NCBI GenBank assembly: GCA_964016885.1
Contig: OZ024742.1
Location: 290,532,001 to 290,596,000 of the forward strand
Source of the DNA: Eledone cirrhosa
Lineage: Eukaryota
Direction of reading: 5' to 3'
DNA: 64,000 nucleotides
Shown: positions 12,403-25,304 of the stretch, one piece after another
Layout of the letters: the number at the start of each line of letters is the position of its first letter
How positions within the stretch are numbered: the first letter of the stretch is position 1
The notes under the pieces: generated by a model
What the model was told of the DNA's origin: nothing
The model's input: the letters and a program-made list of their open reading frames with translations, nothing else
Database searches by the model: none
Program-made: the position numbers and the translations under genes

Positions 12403-12584
12403 AGAGTGATGCATCAGAGGACAATACAGTTACTGACGTCCATGAAAAAGACATGAGTGTCTCAGTGAAATTCATTTCAAAATATCAAATTCTTGACATA
12501 GCTGTAAAAACTGTTAAAGAAGAATATATCTCCATGTTATTGGATGAGGTGATGCCATTAGACTTTGAGTTAACAGAAGCTCAA
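12403..12584 (+). CDS. PARP14: PARP14-like exon (linker/KH-like region upstream of WWE)
   Basis: Acceptor ttttatttcAG ends at 12402, frame is open (ESDASEDNTV...ELTEAQ), donor GTAAGT at 12585. Phase 0 joins in frame to the 18633 exon. Confidence 0.72.
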
Positions 12585-12627
12585 GTAAGTTTGTCAAGAA
12601 TGTTACATGTTTATTATTATCATCATG

Positions 12628-13425
12628 ACTGTGGATTGGCAGTATTGGTGGAGGGTCGGACACCATGCTTTCCAGCATAGTTACGTCCCTTTACGATCTG
12701 AGTTCAAATCCCGCCGAGGTTGACTTTGCCTTTCATCCTTACGGGGTCGATAAAATAAAGTACCAGTAATGCACTGGGTAATTGCTGGCCTTGTGCCTAA
12801 AGTAGAAACAATTATTATCATCATGACTAGGATGGTGGATTGGCAGTATCGGTAGAGCATTGGACATTCTGCTTTGTGGCACAGGGTTACAACCCTTTAC
12901 GTTCTGAGTTCAAATCCAGCTTAGGTTTCTTCCTTACGAGATCGATAAAAGAAAGTACCAGTAACACACTGTGGGTCGATTTAATCTACTTTTCCCTCCC
13001 CAAAAAATTTGCTGGCCTTGTGCCTGGATTGGCAGTATCAGTAGAGGGTCTGACGCCATGCTTTGCAGCAAAGAGTTACGGCCCTTGCCATTCTGAGATC
13101 AAATCCCGTCGAGGTTAACATTGCTTTTCAACCTTACGGGATCGATAAAATAAAGTACCAGTAATACACTGGGATAATTGCTGGCTTTGTGCCAAACGTA
13201 GAAACAATTATTATTATTATTATTGATAGGGCAGTGGATTGGCAATATTGGCAAAGCATCGGAAACTATGCTTCGCAGCACAGAGTTTTGGTCCTTTGCA
13301 TTCTGAGTTAAAATCCCCCGATAAAATAAAGTACCAGTAACACACTATGATCAATTTAATCGACTTTCCCCATCTCCAAAATTGTTGGCCTTGTGTCTAA
13401 AGCAGAAATCGTTATTATTATTGAT
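12628..13425 (+). mobile_element. Head-to-tail cluster of four tRNA-derived SINE copies
   Basis: Four repeats of ggattggcagtatcggtagag...gagttcaaatcc...gtcgataaaataaagtaccagtaa...ggccttgtgcc, mostly separated by (ATT/ATC)n tails. Confidence 0.85.
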
Positions 13426-13676
13426 TACTGAGGTGGAAGCCACGTTTCTTCTCAGCTCCCGTAAGCTTTTCTAAATTTAAACATTTTTACTTTTTCTAAT
13501 ATTGAGTTTCAAGTTTTTAAACTTGACTGAAACAGAAAAACCAGACTGCTAACTGCAGATGTGTTTCTTGAACCTGGAATGATACCCAATGAGTATATAC
13601 ACATATATTTACTTACACACATATATAGATACACATATACACACACCTATACATATATAAATATACACACATACAT

Positions 13677-16600
13677 ACAATGCCAAAGATAACGACAAAT
13701 TCACCTCATGCTGTCGGACGAAAGGGCAAGGCCGCCTCCTCTTTGTTGCGGCCGCGGATGGCCAACATAACCCCAACCCCATCCCCCTCACCCCTCCCTG
13801 CGCCCCACCCACCAAACGCAATCCAAAACTTCAGAGTTGGTACCATGAATGTAGGTACCTTAAAAGGCCGCTCTAACGAGGTTGTAGAAATGCTTGAACG
13901 TAAGGAGGTTGATGTTTGCTGTATCCAAGAGACCAGGTGGAGGGGCGGGTCTGCTAGATTCATTGTGGGTAAAAAACGATACTATAAGCTTTTCTGGGTG
14001 GGAAATGACAATGGGCTGGGTGGAGTAGGAATCATGTTAGCAGAAAAATGGGTGGATAAGATAATAGATGTAAATAGAGTGAATGACAGAATAATTAAAA
14101 TAAGACTTGTTCTAAATAGAACTACGGACTGCCTAGCGCTATAAAAGCCAGATTCTATGAGACACTGATGCTCACTACCTCCCAAATAACCGACAGTGAC
14201 TATATAATTATTGCTGGCGACCTAAATGGTCACGTTGGACAACATTGTGACGACTATGACGGAATCCACGGAGGCTATGGGTTTGGTACTAGAAATGAGG
14301 AAGGCTCCAGAATCCTGGAATTCTGTGACGCAAATAACCTAACTATCTGTAACACTAACTTAAAAAAATGAGACAATCACTTGATCACCTACAGATCAGG
14401 GGAACATACCAGCCAGGTAGATTATATCCTTACCAGAAGACGTGACAGAGTGTCTGTTGTAAACACTAAATCCCTCCCCCATGAAGAATGCACCTCCCAA
14501 CATAGACTGATAATTAGCGATATCATAGTCAGGACGAGACGTACTCGACAGCAGAAGAGGACTATCCTCAGGAGAAAAATATGGAAGCTAAAAGACTCCA
14601 CAGCCAGAAATAAATTTAAAAGCATATTACTTGATGTTTTCGACAGTAAGGAAGAGCATGTACAATATAGAGGAACAGTGGGAATTCCTAAAAGCAAACC
14701 TGCTGATGGCGGCAGACGAAGTCTGTGGCTGGAGGAGAGTAACATGGTGGTGGAACAGTAAGTTGGAGGAGTCAATTAAGGCCAAAAAGCAGGCTTGGAA
14801 AGTATGGCGGGATGGGGGAAGTAGAGAAGACTATCAAGTGGCCAGGAGGGAAGCTCGGAGACAAGTGTACTTCGCAAGAAGGGAAGCAGAAGAAAGAAAG
14901 TTCAAGCATGTTCTACAACGTGAGGACCAAAAACGTGAGGTGTTCAGGATTGCTAGGCAATGTGTCAAGGAAAACTGTGATATTGTCAGGGAGAAGTGTG
15001 TCCTTAATGATGATGGTGTACTTGCCATCACTGACGCTGATAAGAAGGTAGCTTGGAAGTGTCACTACGAAAGTCTACTAAATGAGGAGAATAAATGGGA
15101 GAAAGACAGTCTCCCCCACATCGACCCAATAGAGGGACCAGCAGTGTTAGTCAAAGGTAGTATAAGAAGTAAGGCAATCAAAGATATGAAGACGGGTAAG
15201 GCGGCTGGGCCTTCGGAAATAGTTGCTGAAATGCTGAAAGCTTCTAGAACGGTGGGACACACCATGGTCACCCGGATAGTAAACCAAGTCATACAGAATG
15301 GGGTTGTTCCGAAGGACTGGCGTAGCAGCATCATCATTAACTGCTACAAGGGTAAAGGAGATGCCCTAGATAGGAGTAACTATAGAGGCATTAAATTAAT
15401 CGACTAGGTCATGAAGGTCACAGAAAACGTAATAGCGCAACTAATCAGAGAGAGAATTGATCTAGATGAAATGCAGTTCGGGTTTGTGTCAGGCAAAAGT
15501 ACCACAGACGCTCTTTTCATTGTACGACAACTACAGGAGAAGTACCTATCTAAAAGTAAACCCCTATACTTAGCTTTTGTCGACTTGGAGAAAGCCTTCG
15601 ACAGAGTCCCCCGTTCCATTATCTGGTGGGCTCTTAGAAAACTAGGTGTTGATGAATGGCTTGTGAGAGCTATACAAGCCATGTATAAAGAAACAGTCAG
15701 TAAGGTTAGAATTAACAACGAATATAGTGAAGAGTTTAGCGTAAAAGTTTGTGTTCATCAGGGCTCCGTCATTAGCCCCCTACTATTTATTATCGCCCTT
15801 CAGGCTATAACAGTAGAGTTCAAGACCGGCTGCCCGTGGGAACTCCTATACGCAGATGATCTAACGCTCATAGTTGAATCAATGGCCGAACTAGAGAAGA
15901 AATTCCAAACATGGAAGCATGGCCTAGAATCAAAAGGCCTTAAAATTAACCTGTCTAAGACTAAAGTTCTAGTTTGTAGTAAGGAAAATAGAGCACCGGT
16001 CCCATCCGGGAAATGGCCATGCTCAGTGTGTAGGAAAGGAGTAGGTAGAAAATCCATTTTATGTCCCAAATGCAAAGTATGGGTGCATAAAAGATGTAGT
16101 GGGATCACAGGTAAGCTAACTAAGAACATAGATTTTATATGTGGCCGGTGCTCTGGTGCAATAAGTAGCAGCAAGTGCCCACAGAATACTAGCTCATTCC
16201 ATTGCACAGATGGCTCTATAGAAATAGTGAACAGCTTCCGTTACCTGGGTGACAAAATCAGCAGTGGTGGAGGGTGCTCTGAAAGTACAGTAGCTAGAGT
16301 CAGAACTGGATGGAAAAAGTTCAGAGAGCTTATACCACTATTAGCCACTAAAGGGTTCTCCCTAAAAATGAAAGGCAGACTGTATGATGCCTGCATGGCA
16401 GTGAGACTTGGGCATTGTGTGCAGAGGATATACGCAGACTGGAGAGGAACGAAGCTTGCATGCTCCGCTGGATGTGTAATAGTAATATACGTGAACGGCA
16501 AAGCATAAACGAACTAAGGAAAAAATTAGAAATAAGAGGGATCAGATGTTGTTTACTCGAGAGAAGGCTACGTTGGTATGGTCACGTGATGCGCATGAAA

Positions 16601-17152
16601 GACGACAGCTGTATAAAAAAGTGCAGGGCAATAAAAATAGACGGTAGCCACGGAGTAGGCAGACCCAGAAAAACCTGGGACGACTTGATAAATTCCGACC
16701 TCACACACTTACACCTCACCAAGACAATGTCACTAGACCGAGAGCTTTGGCGCTACACAGTAATAGAGAAGACCCGCCTTACCTAAGTACAAAGTGAAAC
16801 CTACTAGTCAGTAGGCACCTCTAACAAAATACACCCCCATCCCACTACCCCTTTCAATGTAAAGTTATGTTGGTACCACAACATCCAGCCCGAAACAAAT
16901 GAGGTCGTGTAGGTGTCACGCCAAAAAAAACACACAGTGAACGCTGTAATGTGGCCGTGTAGGTAACAGTAAAAACCTCCCAGTTCCACACTGTAAATGT
17001 GGTTGGTGTTAGGAAGGGCATCCAGCCGTAGAAAACCCGCCAGACAGTCCTATGCGAGCAAGACAACCACTCTTGCCTCAAGTGGGAAAACTCCCATCCA
17101 AACCCATGCAAGCGTGGAATATGGACGTTAAACAATGATGATGATGATGATG
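13677..17152 (+). mobile_element. RTE-clade LINE, full length, few disablements (copy 2)
   Basis: ORF pieces 13680-16786 give APE (NVGTLKG, CIQET, GDLNGHVG, VDYIL), RT (LYADDL), PHD insert and GRPRKTW; 3' UTR and (ATG)n tail. Confidence 0.96.
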
Positions 17153-17289
17153 ACTCATTTACAGTGAGTACTGGGTGCTTTTTGTTGTGACTCCTGTATG
17201 ACTACTTTACACTCTGGGTTGGGTGCTTTTTCTTGTGACATCCAGCAGTGTGTGATGGATACTTTTTGTCATATGCATATATATATATA

Positions 17290-17730
17290 TCATCATCATC
17301 ATCGTTTAACGTTTATCTTGCACGCTAGCATGAGTTAGACGGGAATTGTCCCACTTGAGGCAAGATTGATTGAGTGACTGTGTCTTGCTTGTATTGGACT
17401 GTATCTGGCAGGTTTTCTACAGCTGGATACCTTTCCTAACACCAACCACATTTACAGTGTGGACTGGGAGCCTTTTTACCGTGTCTGCTACACGACCACT
17501 TTACAGCGTTGACTGGGTGCTTTTTTGTCATGACACCTACACGACCACTTTAGATTGGACTGGATGTTGTGGTACCAACATAACTTAACAGAGAAAGGGT
17601 GGTGCTGGTGGGAGTGGGAGTAGTAGGTTGGGGTGTATATTTGGTTAAGAGGTGCCGACTGACTGTAGGTTAACTTTGTACATAAGGAAGGTGGGTCTTC
17701 TGTATTACTGCGTGGTGCCAAAGATCTCGA
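17290..17730 (-). mobile_element. RTE LINE 3' end fragment, inverted
   Basis: Reverse complement of the 16740-17150 region including the (CAT)n tail. Confidence 0.85.
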
Positions 17731-18632
17731 TACATATATATATACAAACACATGTATATGTCTCTATCATTTCACTCTTCTTTTAAAGATACAGTGGGTA
17801 TGTGTACACAACTAGTATATAATAACTGTATTTAATGATACATCCAGTATTGAAATAACGGTTCAGATTACTACACTGTGTTTTCAGTATAACACTAGAT
17901 TACGCTATAATCCAGTATGAAATTAATATTTGTTCAGGTTATCGTCATCATATAGTGGAATTGTTGGTGCCATGAAAAAATGCATCCACTACACTCTGTA
18001 AGGTGGTTGACATTAGGAAAGGTATCTAGTCATAGAAACCATGCTAAAATGGAAAGTATAAGCAAAATGTGGTCAGTTGACTTGTCTTGTCTCAAATTAT
18101 GATAATCCATCTATCTAATCCAGCATGGGAAGTGTATGTAAGTAAAAGGATGAGGGATGATAATGATGAAGATGATGACTTTAAATTAAATGAAGGAGAT
18201 GCTCCATCATAGCTACAATCCAATAACTGAAATCAGTAAATAATATATTTCAAAATTATTTTTAGGTGCTACAATAAAATACACTTAGGATACCCTGTAA
18301 GGTTGTTGGTGTCAGGAAGGGCATCAGACTGTAGAAGATGTGGTGAAAAGACTCTCCAGTTGTGTCAAGGACCTGACAACCTCCCTAGTGTTGATGCTAT
18401 GATAAAATGCACCCAGTACACTCTGTAAAGTGATTAGTGGTAGAAAGGGCTTCCAGCTATAGAAACCATGCCAAACAAAGGGTTGAGAGAATGTTTTGGT
18501 CTTGCTGAGTACATGTGATGGTGATGATAGCGGTGATGGGGATGATGATGATGCTGGTAATACTGATAATTATATTGGTGATGATAATGAGGTGTTTTAT
18601 AAGAAATTGTTTTCTTTTATTAATTTTTTCAG

Positions 18633-18996
18633 AAGAAGGAAGTCAGAAACATTAATGGCAAGGACAAAGTCAACATAAATATTGGTTCAAGTATTAATAT
18701 TCATGGCAGATTGCCTTGTGTAAAAGATGCCAAAATCAATATTCAATCCCTATTAATGAAATTCAAAAAACAGGAAGAGGAATCATACATTAAAAACATG
18801 GTGCAGTGGTACTATTACAGTAGAGAAACACCTGAAAGAATGTTTGATGAAGAAGAAAATGCTGTGTTAGAGAAAGCTTTCTCACAGAAAAAAAAAACAT
18901 ACACATGGAGAAATATTAAATATGATATTAAGAATCTATGTTTTGTAAAGAATGGATTGCAATTTCAACTGAAGAGAACAGAAATAGGAAAAGGTA
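18633..18996 (+). CDS. PARP14: PARP14-like exon, WWE domain
   Basis: Acceptor ttttttcAG at 18632; KKEVRNINGK...MVQWYYYSRETPERMFDEEENAVLEKAFSQKKK...YDIKNL...QLKR. Donor is GT at 18994 or GTAAGG at 18997, both phase 1. Confidence 0.85.
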
Positions 18997-19069
18997 GTAA
19001 GGATGTCTTTTTATCATTATTGTCATCATCATCATCATCATTAACAATCATCATTTTATGTCTACCTTT

Positions 19070-19290
19070 AGGGTGGTGGATTGGCATTATTAGTAGAGCA
19101 TTGGACAACATGCTTTGCAACATATAGTGATGCCTCTTTGTATTGAGTTCAAGTCCTACCAAGGTGAACTTTCCCTTTCATCCTTATGGGGTCGATAAAA
19201 TAAAGTACCAGTAATGCACGGGTCAATTTATTCAACTTTCCTTTCTCCAAAAATGGTTGATCTTGTGCTTAAATCAGAAACTATTTTATG
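19070..19290 (+). mobile_element. tRNA-derived SINE
   Basis: ggtggattggc...gagttcaagtcc...cctttcatccttatggggtcgataaaataaagtaccag. Confidence 0.8.
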
Positions 19291-19765
19291 TCTACCTTTC
19301 CATGTTTGCATGGGTTAGATGAATTTGTTCCACCACAGTTTCCTCCACTTGTGTCTTTCTTTCATCATTTCCTCTCTGAGGTTCAACATTTTGACATCAA
19401 CTCTCAGCACCCCTTCACAGATTTTCCATAGTTTTCCTCCACTTCTCTATCTTTTGTCATCTCTGTGAAGTTCACTGTTCTGACATCAACTCTCATCATT
19501 TCTGCCCAGGTCTTCCTCCTCTTATCTATTTCCTTTGCCAGCTCCTCTATGAGATTCAGTATTCTGAAATCAACTGTTTTTCCCTCACCTGTTCCATTAC
19601 AAATATACATGTTGTCAGCACTCCTAGTATAGATAGCTTGCATATGCGTTCAAACCAGTCCTTGTTGAGTGAGTCAATTGAGAGCAGCCTGACGATGGAA
19701 AATAGTTTTCCCAGTTCATTTATTGTCCTGGTAAATATAATATAATATCTATCTATCTATCTATC

Positions 19766-22700
19766 GTTGATAGTGGATGTCTTTCACATCGGCTCTTCGA
19801 TTTTGGATTACTACTTTGTTATTTGTGAGTGCGTTATTTGAATTTTGTTATTATTGTTGACTCTAACCCCTCGTCTGGGACTGTAGACGTAGGGTAAATA
19901 TATTTTCGCCCCTTTTGGGGTGAAAATCTTTAATTTAAAATGTTTATTGATATCGTTAAAAACGAGGTAGCCATATTGCAAGCTAACGCCACGCCCACCA
20001 AAAAAAGCAAGAAAGAGGGAACAACAATTCAAACTGTTGAACTACCCCTCCCCCCGAATGGAAAAAACACTGTTAATTTGAGTGAAAACCCAAATTTTGA
20101 AAAAAATAACAGGAAAAAAAATACCACAACAAATGGAATTAATAAAACCAACAACATTGCAACAACAAACAACAATGAACAAAACGAAAACAACAAAGAC
20201 AGCAAAGTTTCTTTTGCCCAAACGGTAAAAAAAACGATTGAATACAAACCCATAGACATTACTAACGCTAAGCAAAACTTACAAAATGCCAGAAAATACG
20301 TATCTTTTGGGGAGGATGGTTCTTTTACGATCAACTCCCCAGAAGAAGTTTGGAATACTATAGGCATATAGGAATACTATAACTTTCAGGACTATATCCA
20401 ACGCAACAAGAAAACCAGCTCAATTGACAGAAAGTCAAATTGAGCTGGTTCTGAAAGACATTAAAAAGGACATACTCTTTATTGAAAGAGGAAAGCTTTA
20501 TGCCAGCATTATGGTCCGAATGAAGGACCAAATGCTGGCTCGAAAATGCTCGGTGGCACCTATAGTGTCACCACAATACACCTTCTTCCCCACATATAAA
20601 GGAAGAAGAACACAAAGATTAAGAATGTGGAGCTCAACGCCAGAAGTAGACATCTGGTCCGTCCTGACAGGATTCACGGACCTAGAAAAGGACATTCTAG
20701 TATCAGCAGGTAAGTCCACCAGTGGACTGTTCGGGGGGAAAAGTCTGGAGGTTCTCATACAGATGACACCAGAGAGAATCGCCGGAATACCTGACCGAGT
20801 ACTACTGGATGGTCGAATCTTCATTAATATTACGGTGGAAGGCAGGAGGCTCTCATGTTACCACTGCGCTGGCAGAGGTGACTTGAGGACTGCCTGCCCT
20901 CTACTAACAACAAAAAAAACACTGCTACAAACACCACAACAAAAACAACCAACACCACCACCACAAAAACAACAAAATACACCACCATCACCACCACAAC
21001 AACAAAAACCAACAACACCACCTCCAGCATCACCACCACAACAACAACAACAAAAACAAAAGACCACAAAACAAATCAGTCACACCCACCCACCCCACAC
21101 AGAAAACAATCAAAAATACACACACCAACACAACACTACCACAAAATATCCCCCTACCCCCGAACACGGATGAAAACTTCCTTACATCGGAGCATAGCAA
21201 AGATGAAGGAGAGCCGTTCCGACCAGTAAAAAGGAAAAAAAGGAAACATACCACTAACAGAAACCAAACAAACACAGAAGAAACCAACACAACACAAAGC
21301 ACCCCTCCCCATTACACAACACTAACAGCGTCACAGAAAAAAACATTACAGTACACTTACATCAACAAACAAAACAAAAAACTGCTCAATATAATAAACA
21401 GTAACCCTTCGGTTTGCACCGAAGGGCCAAATTTTAAGACAGTGGATGACTCTCCATACCTCAAAATGATAAAGGTCCCCATGAACCTTTATCAAACTTT
21501 AAAAAACATTTATAAAGAGGACGTGGGGCCCCCCTGTAACAAACCGTTTAACCGCCTCCTCTTAAAAGGTTACCCACACAACTCCAAATACCCCAACCCA
21601 CCACACACTAATACCCCTACACCACCAACAACCCCTCCACCACTCCCATGGAAACTGAACAGCTCGGGACGCAGAGAGGTAAGTGCCTCTTTCTTTACCA
21701 CCAACATGGCTGTGTTAAGAGTAGGTTGTCTAAATGTGCGTGGCCTGGGCTCACCTTGGAAGCAAGCTAAATTTCTAAATGACCTCAGGTCACGAGGTAT
21801 AAATGTGATGGTTATTTGCGAGGCCCGGATCAGCAGCATGCAACAACAAGCCCCCACCTTTGATGACTTTGAGATGCACGCATCTCTCTGTCAGCCCACA
21901 GGTGGGGGTGGGGTTGTCATTCTGCTGCAAAAACATCTGGGTCTTGCTATACAGACAGTACACTTGGACCCGGAGGGTCGACTAGTGGTTCTGGACCTTG
22001 GCAGTGGTGAAGGCGAAGCTTTTAGGCTGGTCGCCATTTACGCCCCTTTTGGGGCAATGCGGTCGGACTTCTTCCATCGTCTGGACTTTTCTAGGGACGT
22101 CCCGCTCCTTGCTTTTAGTGGGGGACTGGAATGGTATCCTAGATGCACGTTGGGACTATGTAGGGGCATGTCCCGATAGAAGGGGGGTGGGGTGTAACAA
22201 CCTCAAGGGGTTAATCGGCCGATTTGACCTGGCCGATAGATATCGACTAGATTTTCCGACTGTGCCAACCTGGACTTGGACAAACCATAGTGGTCAATCT
22301 AGATCGTACCTAGATAGGTTCTCAGTTAGAATTAAGGATAGGGACTTTTTAAGTTGTCCAGAAATGCTCATGGTGGGCTATTCAGATCACAAGTTAGTGA
22401 CCTGCATAGTCCACCTGGATAGAATGCATAGGCAGGGACCCAGTTACTGGAAGCTCAACTTGTCCTTACCGGCAAGTAGAGCTTACAGGGACCGGATTAG
22501 AACCTTAGTTAAGGAGCGGTTGACGGGCGCCATCGTCAACAGCAGGTGGTGGAGCTCTCTGAAAAGAGAGATTAGAGTAGTTTCAATAGGAGTTAGTAAG
22601 GAGTTAGCCTCAGATAGAAATAGGAAGGAAAGGGAGTTGGTAGTTAATGTTGAAGAGGCAATGAGAAGTGGCAACGTGGCCAGAGTGCAAGCGTTGAGAA

Positions 22701-24500
22701 TGGCCTTGAGCCAGTTCTTCGACGCGAAACACGAAGGCTGCGTTGTCCGAAGCAAAATATGTGCTCTGGGAAACGAGAGGACCAAAGCTGTTAGCTGGGC
22801 CCGCGTGACACAAGCCAAAAGTGGGATTAGATCCACTATCCAGTCTTTGCGAGACCAGGATGGACGGGTGATCCTTGAACCTAAGCAAATGTGCGAGGCC
22901 TTTCAAAGGCACTTTGCCCGATTGTTCGGGAGGGGCAGGGGGCCGGTTGGGGATGTGGATTTCGGTCCATACCTCAACGGCCTGCTGCGTCTTTCAGACA
23001 AGGAGGCGAGGTCCTGCGACGGGCCGATCTCAGCTGCTGAAATAGGGGACGTGCTGAGCCTATGCGGCAAACGCAAATCTCCAGGCCTCGATGGTCTGCC
23101 CTACGAACTATATATTAGTATGCCGGACTTGTTCCCCGATCTCCTTGAGGCGGTCTACTGCAACTGGCAACAGAACGGGAGAATTCCCTGTTCTGTGACC
23201 AAGGGCGTAGTCTCGCTAGTGAGGAAGGACGAGAACAAGGGGGATGACATTAGTAATTTTAGGCCCATAACTCTGCTAAATGCAGAGTTAAAGATTTTGG
23301 CCAAGGTGTTAGCGAAGAGGTTGGCGCTTGTCGTGGGCCTTGGTGGGAGATGCGCAGACATGCGCTATCCCGTCCAGGTCCATCCACGACAACCTCCACC
23401 TCATGCGATACATCATCTATTACCGCTTGACTGTCGTGCCTTACCCGGGTGAGATCCTCGCCAAAATGGAGCGCGCTCTCTTTCATTTCCTTTGGAAGAG
23501 GTCTCCCCTGGTGAGGAGATCCATCTGCTGTCAACACCCTTTGAAAGGAGGGCTGGGGATGCCGTGGCTAAAAATGCATAAACACACATTGAGGCTACGG
23601 CACCTCCAGGTATTCCTCACCGGTCAACCGGTGTGGGCCCCGTTTGTGAGGAGAGCCTACCCGAGGCTCGTCTCGCTCACCGAGCTGCAGTCCTGGGTGA
23701 AGCAAAGACCGAGAAAACTGGGCGACTGGCACACTGAGTGTGCCCAGGCGCTCACAGCCCTCTGGCAGGCGGACCCGCCTGTCGGTGGCTCCTCCACCTC
23801 GTCATTCTATAGAGGGCTGGTGGTTAGCAGGTGCGACGACGCCCTCGGAGAAACCCTAGGCATGGAGAAGGACGAACTGCCCGTTTGGGATAAGCTCTAC
23901 AGACACGGGCGCCCGGGTAGGGACCCCTCGAAAAAGATCTGTCCCAGATGTGTGCGCGACGAGGAAACCGTCGCGCACGCATTGGTACACTGCCCGGGCG
24001 TCACCGATCTGTGGGGCTATGTCGAACAACTGCTGTCACGGATGGGACCAATTAGGTTGACCACCGAGTCCATTGTAACGATCAAGCCGCCTAAACGGGC
24101 TGAGGTCGGACACCTTTCTCTCTGGCCAACAACTGGTCCTTTTCTTCCCATACCATTTCGGAAGAAGGATCAGGATGGAGAGAGAGGTGCTCCACTCCAG
24201 CCAGTTTTATGAAAGGAGGGTGAAAGTTGCGAGAATGGCCCATGTGAATGGGCCTTCTCTCTACCTCAGCTTGTAGGTGGAAAAGGATGAAGGAAGAAGG
24301 GAGCACCCTCTCTTTGTGCTCCCATAGAGTAGGGTCGCACATTTTTTTTTCGGGGGTGTGTGTGACCCCAAAACGATCCCTCCCTATTGAGGACCTTTTT
24401 GTTATTACATTTCTTTACTCGATTTCTATGTAACCCCCCCCCCCCCCCCCCATGTATGTGTCCCTCTCTTTTGTGCCTTCGTGGCAAATAAATAGAAATA
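19766..24500 (+). mobile_element. Tx1/L1-clade LINE, two ORFs, internally deleted
   Basis: ORF1 19940-21173 with zinc knuckle CYHCAGRGDLRTAC. ORF2 from ATG 21706: APE (CLNVRGL, VGDWN, SYLDR, YSDH, WKLN), RT start (KSPGLDGLP, NFRPITLLN), RT core deleted near 23417, C-terminal CPRC..ETVAHALVHCP. 3' end gtggcaaataaa plus (TA)n. Confidence 0.92.
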
Positions 24501-24564
24501 TATATATATATAAATATATATACAATATATTAATAAATGGAAACTATATTTATAAAACCATAAT

Positions 24565-24630
24565 TATTTTGTTATATATATTTCAAGGGCAACCAAGTCA
24601 AATTATGGTGCACTTTCATCACATAAAATA
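24565..24630 (-). ncRNA. Hammerhead ribozyme motif, C3G variant (inverted copy)
   Basis: Reverse complement reads tattttat-GTGATGA-stem II-GAAA-tatata-TA-acaaaata. Confidence 0.55.
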
Positions 24631-24698
24631 CAAATTTGTTTTATAAATAAATATTGACATACCCACATAAAGACAACCTTAACGGTTAAGATTTGCTG

Positions 24699-24764
24699 TA
24701 TTTTATCTGATGGAAGCGCACCATAATTTGCCTTGGTTGCCCTTGAAATATATATAATAAAATA
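24699..24764 (+). ncRNA. Hammerhead ribozyme motif, A9G variant
   Basis: tattttat-CTGATGG-stem II-GAAA-tatata-TA-ataaaata. Confidence 0.6.
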
Positions 24765-24919
24765 ATTATGGTTTTATAAATATAGTTTTCATTTATTAAT
24801 ATATTGAATATTTACTCCACTAAACTGTTGAGTGCTTTATATCAGTTATAAAATTTTAAGCTTGTTGAATCCCAACAAATTAAATATAACCTCTGCATAT
24901 ATATATATATATATATATA

Positions 24920-25271
24920 TATGGCGCTACGCAGTAAAACCCGCCTTGCCTAAGTACAAAGCTAAGTACAACACCACCCCTTTTTCTGTAAAGTTATGTT
25001 GGTACCACAACATCCAGTCCTGAATAAATGAGGTCGTGTAGGTGTCACGGCAAAAAACACACAGTCCACGCTGTACTGTGGCCGTGTAGGTAACACAGTA
25101 AAAACCCCCCAGTCCACACTGTAAACGTGGTTGGTGTTAGGAAGGGCACCCAGCTGTAGAAAACCTGCCAGAGAGTCCTATACGAGTGAGACGACCAATC
25201 TTGCCTCAAGTGGGACAATTCCCATCTAAACCCATGCTAGCGTGGAAGATAGACGTAAACGATGATGATGA

Positions 25272-25275
<4 letters not shown>
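24920..25275 (+). mobile_element. RTE LINE 3' UTR fragment
   Basis: Homologous to 16745-17150; (ATG)n tail. Confidence 0.85.

Positions 25276-25304
<29 letters not shown>

Larger units (their letters stand above)
24523..24806. repeat. Inverted repeat, 110-bp arms with 64-bp spacer, each arm carrying a hammerhead motif (Penelope-like pLTRs)
   Basis: 24523-24632 is the reverse complement of 24697-24806 with few mismatches. Confidence 0.88.

Noticed and set aside
15065-16501. Antisense ORFs recurring in all RTE copies
   Set aside because: Expected shadows of a conserved sense frame, with no recognisable motifs.
19689-19720. CTGACGA followed by a hairpin
   Set aside because: No GAAA or NUH half of a hammerhead follows.
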